Shown in pieces: positions 56,586 through 64,000 of a stretch of 64,000 bases of DNA (position 1 is the first letter of the stretch; the number at the start of each line of letters is the position of its first letter). This DNA comes from a virus, in IMG/VR virus record IMGVR_UViG_3300025137_000020, positions 32,001-96,000 of that record; one strand, given 5' to 3'. Both the position numbers and the translations under genes were made by a program. Under the pieces are notes generated by a model. The model did no database searches, was not told where the DNA came from, and was given only the letters and a program-made list of their open reading frames with translations.

Positions 56586-57721
56586 AATAAAATCTGTGTA
56601 ATCTTTTCTGCTAAATCCTTAAACCATTCTACTCCATGGCCTCGAGTTGTTTCAGCCGCGGTGCCGATACGAATACCACTTGTTTCAACAAACGATCTTT
56701 TATCATTAGGTACTCCATTCTTATTTACGGTGATGTCATTCTCTTCTAATAAGTCAGCGGCGTGTCTTCCGCTATAGGGTTTATCGCTTAGGTCGATTAG
56801 TACAATGTGAGAATCTGTACCTCCACACTGTACTTTAAATCCGTTCTTAATAAATACTTCAGCCATCGCTTTAGCATTATCTATAACTGCTTGAGCATAA
56901 TATCTGAACTCTTTAGTGTCTGCCTCAACGAACGCTTGAGCTTTCCCTGCAACGATATTCATGAGTGGACCACCTTGAGTGCCAGGAAAGATTGCACTGT
57001 TAATCTTCTTTGAGTAAGATTCGTCGTTCCAAAGAATAATACCACCTCGTGGACCTCTTAGAGTTTTGTGAGTAGTTGACGTAACAACATCAGCATAAGG
57101 CACAGGAGATGGATAAGCATTACCCGCAATCAAACCTGAGTAGTGAGCCATGTCGACTAAAAGATATGCCCCAACTCTATCAGCGATTTCTCTAAACGTT
57201 TTAAAGTCAATTACACCAGGATAAGCACTTGCTCCTGCAATAATCATTTTTGGTTTAACGTCTTCTGCTTGTTTTTGAATCGCATTATAATCTAAAAAGC
57301 CATTTTCATCTACACCATAGTGATGTGATTCGTATACTTTACCAGATATATTCACTTTAGCTCCATGTGATAAGTGGCCACCACTCGCTAAATCCATTCC
57401 GAGAATCTTATCACCTGGCTTTAATAGCGCTTGATAGACCGCAGTGTTTGCATTAGCACCACAATGAGGTTGAACATTAGCAAACTTACACCCATAGATA
57501 TCCTTTAGCTTTTCAATAGCAAAAGTTTCAATAGTATCCATGTGTTCACAACCATTATAGTAACGCTTACCTGGATAACCTTCAGCATACTTATTTGTAA
57601 ATATACTACCAGCTAATTCCATTACAGCATTACTAGCAAAGTTCTCACTCGCAATAAGTTCAATCGTCTTTGATTGGCGTAGCTGTTCTTGTACTAAAAT
57701 TTCTTTAATTTCTTTGTTCAT
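56582..57721 (-). CDS. glyA: Serine hydroxymethyltransferase (auxiliary metabolic gene)
   Basis: [44 protein letters not shown]-lysine motif [21 protein letters not shown]. Confidence 0.96.
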   Translation of the reverse strand: MNKEIKEILVQEQLRQSKTIELIASENFASNAVMELAGSIFTNKYAEGYPGKRYYNGCEHMDTIETFAIEKLKDIYGCKFANVQPHCGANANTAVYQALLKPGDKILGMDLASGGHLSHGAKVNISGKVYESHHYGVDENGFLDYNAIQKQAEDVKPKMIIAGASAYPGVIDFKTFREIADRVGAYLLVDMAHYSGLIAGNAYPSPVPYADVVTSTTHKTLRGPRGGIILWNDESYSKKINSAIFPGTQGGPLMNIVAGKAQAFVEADTKEFRYYAQAVIDNAKAMAEVFIKNGFKVQCGGTDSHIVLIDLSDKPYSGRHAADLLEENDITVNKNGVPNDKRSFVETSGIRIGTAAETTRGHGVEWFKDLAEKITQILL

Positions 57722-57725
57722 CGTT

Positions 57726-59183
57726 TTATCGTATCATATTGTCCAAAAACTCGGTGTGGTCATCGGCCTGTAATAATAATTTATTAATAGTTTCTTTGTA
57801 TTCTGATGGTGATGGACTTAATTGTTCATAGCCGTGGAGGTTAAATTTATTATTGTTAATTTCTATACCATTTATTACCTGTAAATATTGATAAAGACCA
57901 AAATCATCGTCGATGTTATAATCTAAGTTTCTTAGATTATTTTCTTTAATATTGTCTAACATAGTTTGTAGTTTAGAAGGAATGGGGTAATCATCTCTGA
58001 AGTTTTTCCAAAATTTACTTGTATTTCTTTTTGTCATATAATGAAGATACAGAAAATTCAAGACATCGTCCATCCTGTCTCCCATAATTTCATTAAACAG
58101 ATCTAAACTTTTTTGATTAGGGTTCTCAGTCTCATTTATAAAATGTTTAAACGTTTCTAGTTGACCTATAGTCAACATTAAAGAAGTGGCTTCGAGAGGC
58201 TCTACAAAACCGGTAGATAAGCCTACAGCCATGCAGTTTTTTATCCATACGTTTTGCTGTCTACCTGCTTTGAATGGTATAACTTTTCTAACAGTCAAAT
58301 CTCTTTTAAAATAATTTTGTGCCTCGTCAAGTGCTTGGTCTTCGTCAATATAATCGCTATCAAAAACATAACCAGAGCCTGTTCTATGTTGTAGCGGTAT
58401 TTGCCATATCCACCCGTGATCTAGTGCTACGGCGGATGTGTAAGGATTAATCTTTTCATCGCGATCAATCCAAAAGGCTATTGACTTCTTCATGGGCAGG
58501 TGTTTTGAATAAGAAATCCATTTTCCATTAAACACTTTATCTATAAGTAGTCTTGCAAAACCAGAACAATCGAAGGTAAAATCGACATCAAGTTTAATGC
58601 CATTAGTCAGATTAATATTTTTGATATAGCCGTTATCTGATTTTTCTACATGACTAAAATCGCCAGTTACAACTTCAATACCTCTTTCTTCTCCTACCTC
58701 TTGTAAATATTTAGATAGGAGTTGTGCATCAAAGTGTAATGAATACGAGGTCTTACTTAAATCAATTAATTTTTTATACGACAATTTAGAAGTATAGATG
58801 TATTCATTGAAATCTAAACCGTTTTGCATTAAATGTTTAATATAATACTCTTCACACCCGCTGTGAAAAATATTTTTAATGCCAAAATTAGAAATTGTAT
58901 CGCTAAAGCCATGGAAGTATTTTTTTCCATCACCATTCCAGTTTTCAAAGGATATGCCATGTTTTATACTACCTTTTGTGTTTCTTAACACGGCGAATGG
59001 ACAAATATCTAATTCGCGTAAGAAGTCAACTACGTTAGGGGTAGTGCCTTCGCCGACACCAATGGCTCCTATTGTTTCTCCTTGAACTAATTTAATGTTG
59101 GCTAAAGGAAATAGTTTTTTTATATACAGCGCAGTAAGCCAACCAGCGGTGCCTCCACCTAAAATGCAATAATTTTTCTTCAT
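57726..59183 (-). CDS. Flavin-dependent halogenase (tryptophan halogenase family)
   Basis: GGGTAGW FAD motif, [21 protein letters not shown] (catalytic Lys position), DCSGF, GWIWQIP (WxWxIP), [10 protein letters not shown]. Confidence 0.92.
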   Translation of the reverse strand: MKKNYCILGGGTAGWLTALYIKKLFPLANIKLVQGETIGAIGVGEGTTPNVVDFLRELDICPFAVLRNTKGSIKHGISFENWNGDGKKYFHGFSDTISNFGIKNIFHSGCEEYYIKHLMQNGLDFNEYIYTSKLSYKKLIDLSKTSYSLHFDAQLLSKYLQEVGEERGIEVVTGDFSHVEKSDNGYIKNINLTNGIKLDVDFTFDCSGFARLLIDKVFNGKWISYSKHLPMKKSIAFWIDRDEKINPYTSAVALDHGWIWQIPLQHRTGSGYVFDSDYIDEDQALDEAQNYFKRDLTVRKVIPFKAGRQQNVWIKNCMAVGLSTGFVEPLEATSLMLTIGQLETFKHFINETENPNQKSLDLFNEIMGDRMDDVLNFLYLHYMTKRNTSKFWKNFRDDYPIPSKLQTMLDNIKENNLRNLDYNIDDDFGLYQYLQVINGIEINNNKFNLHGYEQLSPSPSEYKETINKLLLQADDHTEFLDNMIR

Positions 59184-59192
59184 ACCGATAGA

Positions 59193-59366
59193 CTATTTTT
59201 CTGGCGGTTTCGCGAAGAATTGTGATCCCGCCTGCATAAGCTCTGTCAAGTCTTTATTAAATTTGACCGTAAGCTCATCGGTTTGAGCCTCAGCATGTTT
59301 AAGAACATTGATAGTACCAAGCATCGCAAAACACTTTTCCTGTAGGTTGTCGATAACATCATTCAT
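59193..59366 (-). CDS. Hypothetical protein
   Basis: Start placed at ATG 59366 (MNDVIDNLQEK...). Confidence 0.55.
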   Translation of the reverse strand: MNDVIDNLQEKCFAMLGTINVLKHAEAQTDELTVKFNKDLTELMQAGSQFFAKPPEK

Positions 59367-59368
59367 TA

Positions 59369-59494
59369 TTATAGTAAACTTAACCACATGAAAAGGGCAA
59401 TGGTGAAAGCTCCACCAAATACTCCTATTATAATTTTATCGGCGGTCGTGAGAAATCCGCGATCAGCGTTCCTTTGATTCATTGATTTTTTCAT
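59369..59494 (-). CDS. Small membrane protein (41 aa)
   Basis: Hand translation MKKSMNQRNADRGFLTTADKIIIGVFGGAFTIALFMWLSLL. Confidence 0.5.
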   Translation of the reverse strand: MKKSMNQRNADRGFLTTADKIIIGVFGGAFTIALFMWLSLL

Positions 59495-59501
59495 AATAAA
59501 T

Positions 59502-59578
59502 TGGCACCCCTACACGGATTCGAACCGTGGTTGACGCGATGAAAACGCGGTGTCCTAACCAGACTAGACGATAGGGGC
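59502..59578 (-). tRNA. tRNA-Glu (anticodon TTC)
   Basis: Reverse complement GCCCCTATCGTCTAGTCTGGTTAGGACA-CCGCG TT TTC AT CGCGT-CAACCACGGTTCGAATCCGTG-TAGGGGTGCCA; encoded CCA. Confidence 0.93.
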
Positions 59579-59604
59579 ATAAAATTCTTAATTTTCATAT
59601 GTAT

Positions 59605-59633
59605 ATATTACCCTATTTGGGCCTTATTGTCAA
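59605..59633 (-). promoter_or_regulatory. Sigma70-type promoter upstream of tRNA-Glu, halogenase and glyA
   Basis: TTGACA-17 bp-TAATAT. Confidence 0.72.
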
Positions 59634-60102
59634 CTACCAATTCTCGTAAAAATTGGACCTCCACAGTCTTCCTAAACTTACACCCTATGAAGGTTGTTTC
59701 AAATAGGGATCGTTTATCATTGGGTATTTCGTAAAGGGGCACTAAGGTGTACTCAGAGGTGTCAGATAGGGCATTTTCAGCCTTTGTAGCCAGCACACAG
59801 TCATCATATTTTACCATATATTCCCACCAATCGTCGATTGATTCCCACTCTTTTCCTCGAGCTCGTTCGAACACTTCGAACCTGGAAATTGTGTGTGCTC
59901 GGTGAATTCCCTTTAAATCACTGAAATCCTTTGATATTAGAAGATTCATAGCATCTTCAGTTATGCCACGTGGTCGCCAAGCACCTTTCCACGCCGAGAA
60001 ACATGATGCCCATGCTCTAGTGATATACGACGCAGGTATTTCTTTACTATTAGCAAAATGCTTAAATATACCAAATAATTCTTGTTTCAGGTTTTCGTTC
60101 AT
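59608..60102 (-). CDS. Hypothetical protein, possibly HNH-like
   Basis: 164 aa; HRAHTISR...CVLATKAEN is a weak His-Me-finger-like pattern. Confidence 0.55.
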   Translation of the reverse strand: MNENLKQELFGIFKHFANSKEIPASYITRAWASCFSAWKGAWRPRGITEDAMNLLISKDFSDLKGIHRAHTISRFEVFERARGKEWESIDDWWEYMVKYDDCVLATKAENALSDTSEYTLVPLYEIPNDKRSLFETTFIGCKFRKTVEVQFLRELVVDNKAQIG

Positions 60103-60109
60103 AAAATAA

Positions 60110-60137
60110 TAAGCAGTTTAAACTCGTGCTTAGGAGT
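60110..60137 (-). promoter_or_regulatory. Predicted H-type pseudoknot in 5' leader
   Basis: ACTC-C-TAAGCA-C-GAGT-TTAAAC-TGCTTA, ending 7 nt before ATG 60102. Confidence 0.58.
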
Positions 60138-60160
60138 ACCCTATTAGATAAATACGATTA

Positions 60161-60325
60161 ATGAGAATAGCAAAATACTGTTTAGATATAACTGAATTTG
60201 AATGGCTCCCATGGTATAGAGCAGAGTTTGAGTTTGAAGACGCCCGCGAAGAAAAAGGATATGCTTATGTACATCGTGGGTGGTTGTGGTTTGTATTATC
60301 GCACCGCGTTAGTTTTGGCCAGTAG
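60161..60325 (+). CDS. Small Trp/aromatic-rich protein on the opposite strand (54 aa)
   Basis: Hand translation MRIAKYCLDITEFEWLPWYRAEFEFEDAREEKGYAYVHRGWLWFVLSHRVSFGQ; GATAAATA at 60147-60154 upstream. Confidence 0.55.
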   Translation: MRIAKYCLDITEFEWLPWYRAEFEFEDAREEKGYAYVHRGWLWFVLSHRVSFGQ

Positions 60326-60476
60326 AGATATCTTTTATTTCTACTTTAATCAAATCTTCTTTTAACTCGTCTTTCAAAACTTCAATATAATGTTCGCATT
60401 CTTCTTTTGGCATATCAATTGTAGTTCTAGGATGAAGAGTTCTGCCGTCTTTCTTTCTTGTGTAAGTTACTATCAT
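60309..60476 (-). CDS. Hypothetical protein (55 aa)
   Basis: ATGA overlap with the gp41 stop; MIVTYTRKKDGRTLHPRTTIDMPKEECEHYIEVLK... Confidence 0.55.
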   Translation of the reverse strand: MIVTYTRKKDGRTLHPRTTIDMPKEECEHYIEVLKDELKEDLIKVEIKDISTGQN

Positions 60477-61849
60477 ACCGTAAATGTGCTGAAGTCTTGA
60501 GTGTTAGAAGATGCCGATTCACCAATTGTATATTCGTGAACGTCTGGCATTATATCTTCTTGAGCACTTTCGTCTAATTCATATAATCTCATCTTTGGTC
60601 GGTCGATGCCAACTACGAAGCGTTTGTTCTTTGTTGGGTCATTGTAACGGTTCTTTAATTGTTTGAACATTACTTGATTCATACCTTCGAGTTGCTCGGT
60701 AGATATCATCGCCAACATTAAGTCAGCTGTTGCCGGCAAACCAAATGATTCTGAAGTATCAGTTAGTTCTACATCAGATGAATTAAATCCACCACGAGTG
60801 ACTTGAGTCGCTGACCAAATAGGAACATTGAACTCTGCCGCCAAACCGCGGACTTCTTCGGCGATTGCTTTTACCATGTGATAAGTATTTACTGAACCAC
60901 TAAGACCTTTGATTCGAGCTGAACCACAGATGTTTAGATAGTCGATGTAAATCATATCTGGCTTGAAGTCTTTCTTTAATTCTAGTTCATTCAATAGAGC
61001 ACGGAAGTGACCAGTATGAGCTGATGCAGTTGGGTACTCTTTGATAATCAATCGACCTCGAGTCTTTGCTTTGATCTTGTCAATGTGAGATTCGAATTGA
61101 TTCTTACTTAGAGCATTCAATTGGTCAATCTCAACATCCATAAGATTCGCATCAATACGTTCAGCGATTCTTTCTTCAGCCATCTCAAGAGTAATGTATA
61201 GAACATTCTTACCTTGGTCTAATGCGGCTGCAGCAAAGTGACACATCGCGAGAGATTTACCAACACCAGTTCCTGCAAGAATAATGTTCAATGTCTTCTT
61301 AGTGATACCACCATTGGTGATAGTATTGAGCATTGGTATGTCAAACGGAACCTTCTCTTCAACCCTATGATAGAAATCAAATCGGCCAGAGAAGTCTTCG
61401 ATGTAATCGTGACCTACATTCCTGTCAAATGAAACTTGAAGAGCTTTCTGTAGTATATCAGGTATTGCTCCTGTATCTAGCTCTGGCTCTTTTCCGTCTA
61501 TAATCTGAATAGACTTCATAATGCCAAGGAAGACTGATCGCTCTTTACACCAAGCTTCAGTGTGTTCTAACATCCACTTATCGTCAATCTTCTCATCGAC
61601 AATACAGTCATTAATAATATCAAGAACGTCTTGATTGTTTTCTGTATTCTTGGCGGAGTTTACGAACTCGACCTGAAGAGTTGATTTAGACGGTAATGAA
61701 TTATAGTCTGTAATGAACTTTAGAATTAAGTCATAAGCAATTCTGTCTTGACCTTCAAAGTATTCGGGCTTTACAAATGGTAATGCTTTACGAGCAAAGT
61801 GCTCATCATTACATATCTTCTTTAATATCAGTCGTTGTATGTTTGTCAT
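60473..61849 (-). CDS. gp41: Replicative DNA helicase gp41
   Basis: LAGTGVGKS Walker A, LEMAEERIAERIDAN, IKEYPTASAH, IDYLNIC, SATQ, TSESFGLPATAD. Confidence 0.97.
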   Translation of the reverse strand: MTNIQRLILKKICNDEHFARKALPFVKPEYFEGQDRIAYDLILKFITDYNSLPSKSTLQVEFVNSAKNTENNQDVLDIINDCIVDEKIDDKWMLEHTEAWCKERSVFLGIMKSIQIIDGKEPELDTGAIPDILQKALQVSFDRNVGHDYIEDFSGRFDFYHRVEEKVPFDIPMLNTITNGGITKKTLNIILAGTGVGKSLAMCHFAAAALDQGKNVLYITLEMAEERIAERIDANLMDVEIDQLNALSKNQFESHIDKIKAKTRGRLIIKEYPTASAHTGHFRALLNELELKKDFKPDMIYIDYLNICGSARIKGLSGSVNTYHMVKAIAEEVRGLAAEFNVPIWSATQVTRGGFNSSDVELTDTSESFGLPATADLMLAMISTEQLEGMNQVMFKQLKNRYNDPTKNKRFVVGIDRPKMRLYELDESAQEDIMPDVHEYTIGESASSNTQDFSTFTV

Positions 61850-62135
61850 TATCTGCGAATTCTTCTTCCAATATGTATTTTAATATTCTACTAATGTAGT
61901 CTTTGAATTTTCTACTTTCTTTTAGCTCGTCTGCGGTATATCTATTACACCCTTTGTTAACAAAGAACTGAAATTCTAAGCCTAGTTGGTCATTACCTTT
62001 ATCCTCTTTCAGCGATACTTTGCCATATGTAAAGATTGTTCCTTTGAACCTGCCCTCTTTAAGGTTGATGGCATATAGTTCTTGAGAATCTTTTTCTACA
62101 TAGCTAAATGAGTTACTAGTTATCTTCTTCTGCAT
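61809..62135 (-). CDS. gp40: gp40-like protein (head vertex assembly chaperone position)
   Basis: 108 aa between uvsX and gp41, the T4 gene 40 position; G.F.GTIFTYGKV motif. Confidence 0.6.
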   Translation of the reverse strand: MQKKITSNSFSYVEKDSQELYAINLKEGRFKGTIFTYGKVSLKEDKGNDQLGLEFQFFVNKGCNRYTADELKESRKFKDYISRILKYILEEEFADNDKHTTTDIKEDM

Positions 62136-63171
62136 CTTCTACTTCTTCGGTTATCATTTGAACATGGCCTACAGAGAACTTGTCTTTGATAGCTTTAGCT
62201 AAGTCTGTCTTAGCAAAGATACCAGACCAAAATTCTTCAGTCAATGTTTCTTTCATTCGTTTATTACCAGTTAGTTCTTCTCCTGTCGCAGGATTAACTG
62301 CTTGATACCAGCCAACCTTTGGCTTCTTAACGTATCCTAATTGAAGAGCAACATCTGTAAGACCAGACCATTGTGCGATACCGCCTTCCCAAGTTACTGA
62401 GATAGGAATCTTTGACTTCTCTCGTACGAAACGAGATTTCTCAACATTGATTACGAAGTTGTAACCTTTGATTTCTGTACCTTCTTTTTCTTGTTGCCTT
62501 CCGATAATCCATACATTGTCGGCTGAGTACATAATACCAGTACCGCCTGAAACAATAGCTTTAGGGAATAGACCAATTTCTTGATACGTGTGATTAACTG
62601 CAAGAAGCGGAATGTTTTTCATTGTAAGATAAGGAGTAACCATACGGAATAATCCTTTCAATGCTTTTGCACGAGTCATGTCCGCGACTGATTTTTCATT
62701 GATTGCATCATCAAGCTCTTTCTTCGAAGCAAGGTTACCAACCGAATCAATCATAACAATCACTTTATCACCACGCTCAATTAATTCTAACTGACCAACT
62801 AAATCAAATTTAAGTTGCTCTACATTAGGAATTGGAGTGTGAAGAACTCTGTCTGTATCGATGCCGAAAGCTTCGAAGTAAGACTGAGGTGAACCGAACT
62901 CAGAATCATAGAAGAGCAATACTGCATCTTCGTGTTTCTTGAGATAAGCAGCAGCCATCAACAATCCAAATGATGTTTTGAAATGCTTTGATGGGCCAGC
63001 GAGAACCGTAAGACCAGATGTTAGACCACCATCGATTGAACCCGATAGCGCTACATTAATCATTGGAACAGATGTTTGACATACATCTTTTTTTGAATAC
63101 AGGGCTGACTTCGATAGAATATCAGTACCTGCGATTTTTGAGTTTTTCTTTAATTTATCTAATAGGGACAT
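62116..63171 (-). CDS. uvsX: RecA-like recombinase UvsX
   Basis: INVALSG, LAGPSKHFKT, FYDSEFG, IDSVGNLASKKE, VSGGTG, VEKSRFVREKSKIP. Confidence 0.97.
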   Translation of the reverse strand: MSLLDKLKKNSKIAGTDILSKSALYSKKDVCQTSVPMINVALSGSIDGGLTSGLTVLAGPSKHFKTSFGLLMAAAYLKKHEDAVLLFYDSEFGSPQSYFEAFGIDTDRVLHTPIPNVEQLKFDLVGQLELIERGDKVIVMIDSVGNLASKKELDDAINEKSVADMTRAKALKGLFRMVTPYLTMKNIPLLAVNHTYQEIGLFPKAIVSGGTGIMYSADNVWIIGRQQEKEGTEIKGYNFVINVEKSRFVREKSKIPISVTWEGGIAQWSGLTDVALQLGYVKKPKVGWYQAVNPATGEELTGNKRMKETLTEEFWSGIFAKTDLAKAIKDKFSVGHVQMITEEVEDAEEDN

Positions 63172-63198
63172 AATTTATATTTTCTTAATAGTTATACT

Positions 63199-63227
63199 AT
63201 TATACATGATTCTTGCTAAGTTGTAAA
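63199..63227 (-). promoter_or_regulatory. Sigma70-type promoter upstream of uvsX
   Basis: TTTACA-17 bp-TATAAT. Confidence 0.8.
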
Positions 63228-63232
63228 GACAT

Positions 63233-64000
63233 TTATGCAAGGAATTGTTCTAAACTGTTCTCCTCAAGCTCGTGAGAAGTATTCGTATTGTTTTGTCTTA
63301 TGAATTTAGTTTTCATAGTATCAAGCTTACCATCAAGATAGTCTTTAACTGACTGAGCCATATCTTGCGCAGTAGTAACTGGTACATTTTGACAAATCAT
63401 ATTGATGTTCTTCTTACCGCCAACTAATTGAAAGTCTTTCGGCATCCTCATAATTGACAGCGCTTCACGAATAGAAATGAATCTATCTTCGTCGGGGTGT
63501 ATTAATGAAGTAGCAAAGTGTCCAACGAATGCTGAGGTATGACCTTTACCAAACTCAATTCCTCGTTTCATAATGTTTCCGCCTGCTTTATACTTAGCCT
63601 CAATTCTTAAACACTTAGCAGCTTCTTTATCAAATCCATTCGCAGTCATCCATTCAGCGACTTGCGGGTAAGGAATCTTTTTATCTTCAATATAGTTTAG
63701 GGTGTTAGTTGACTTCTCGATCTTAGCAAAGAACTCTTTATGGGTAATCCCGCCTTCGATTTCTTCAAGTATGTATCGATACCAAGGATCGTCACTCGGC
63801 TTCTTGTCATTAACCAATGCATTCATTGGGTCGTCATCAGATACAAAAGCATTGCGAATTGTTTCTTCGATTGGCTCTTTCTCTTTACTAAAGTACGGCA
63901 TATAAGGAACGTTCTCCGCGTTCCAAAAGAAGTAGAAAGAACGATTACGAACTTGACCTAATCCGTGAAGAGTCGACTTAGTCTTATAAAGAGTCATCGT
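63233..64000 (-). CDS. DNA (cytosine-5) methyltransferase, C-terminal part (5' end outside the window)
   Basis: HGLGQVRNRSFY (motif VIII-like), IHPDEDRFISIREALSIMRMPKDF (motif IX), ICQNVPV (motif X). Confidence 0.78.
   Translation of the reverse strand, partial: TMTLYKTKSTLHGLGQVRNRSFYFFWNAENVPYMPYFSKEKEPIEETIRNAFVSDDDPMNALVNDKKPSDDPWYRYILEEIEGGITHKEFFAKIEKSTNTLNYIEDKKIPYPQVAEWMTANGFDKEAAKCLRIEAKYKAGGNIMKRGIEFGKGHTSAFVGHFATSLIHPDEDRFISIREALSIMRMPKDFQLVGGKKNINMICQNVPVTTAQDMAQSVKDYLDGKLDTMKTKFIRQNNTNTSHELEENSLEQFLA

Noticed and set aside
1-64000. CRISPR array, integrase, transposon, intron or intein
   Set aside because: No regularly spaced repeats seen; gp41, UvsX, gp32 and the visible part of gp17 have normal lengths with no insertion; no recombinase motifs recognised.
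1-64000. Stop-codon reassignment or suppressor tRNA
   Set aside because: Long ORFs translate intact with the standard code, TAA/TAG/TGA all end genes, and the tRNA anticodons are TCT and TTC.

Overview
A 64-kb segment of an AT-rich, T4-like (marine cyanophage/pelagiphage-style) lytic myovirus genome. Positions 1-43 kb (minus strand) hold a late morphogenesis block: terminase gp17/gp16, an elongated gp15, neck gp14/gp13, two fibre-like genes, VrlC-like protein, gp8, a 3677-aa gp7, gp6, gp25, PAAR, gp5, gp27-like, gp53 and gp48. A plus-strand late block (43-47.9 kb) carries gp4, gp2, gp54-like, gp26, gp51 and a tape-measure candidate. From 47.9 to 64 kb (minus strand) come tRNA-Arg, gp32, gp59, gp33, small early ORFs, a membrane/lysis cluster with an outer-membrane beta-barrel and a SleB-type hydrolase, glyA, a flavin-dependent halogenase, tRNA-Glu, gp41, gp40, uvsX and a partial C5 DNA methyltransferase. 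T4-type TATAAATA late promoters and sigma70-type promoters are readable. Main unusual signals: (1) a GH10 xylanase domain with both catalytic glutamates, fused to a non-catalytic N-terminal domain and encoded between the lysozyme-less spike gene gp5 and PAAR; (2) a U_UUU_UUC slippery site joining gp26 to a gp51 frame that lacks a suitable start, just upstream of the tape measure (lambda G/GT-like -1 frameshift); (3) two sequence-divergent but structurally matching H-type pseudoknots just upstream of start codons; (4) recurring [D/N/S]-S-P motifs across virion proteins. All family assignments come from motif recognition and gene order; no database searches were run.
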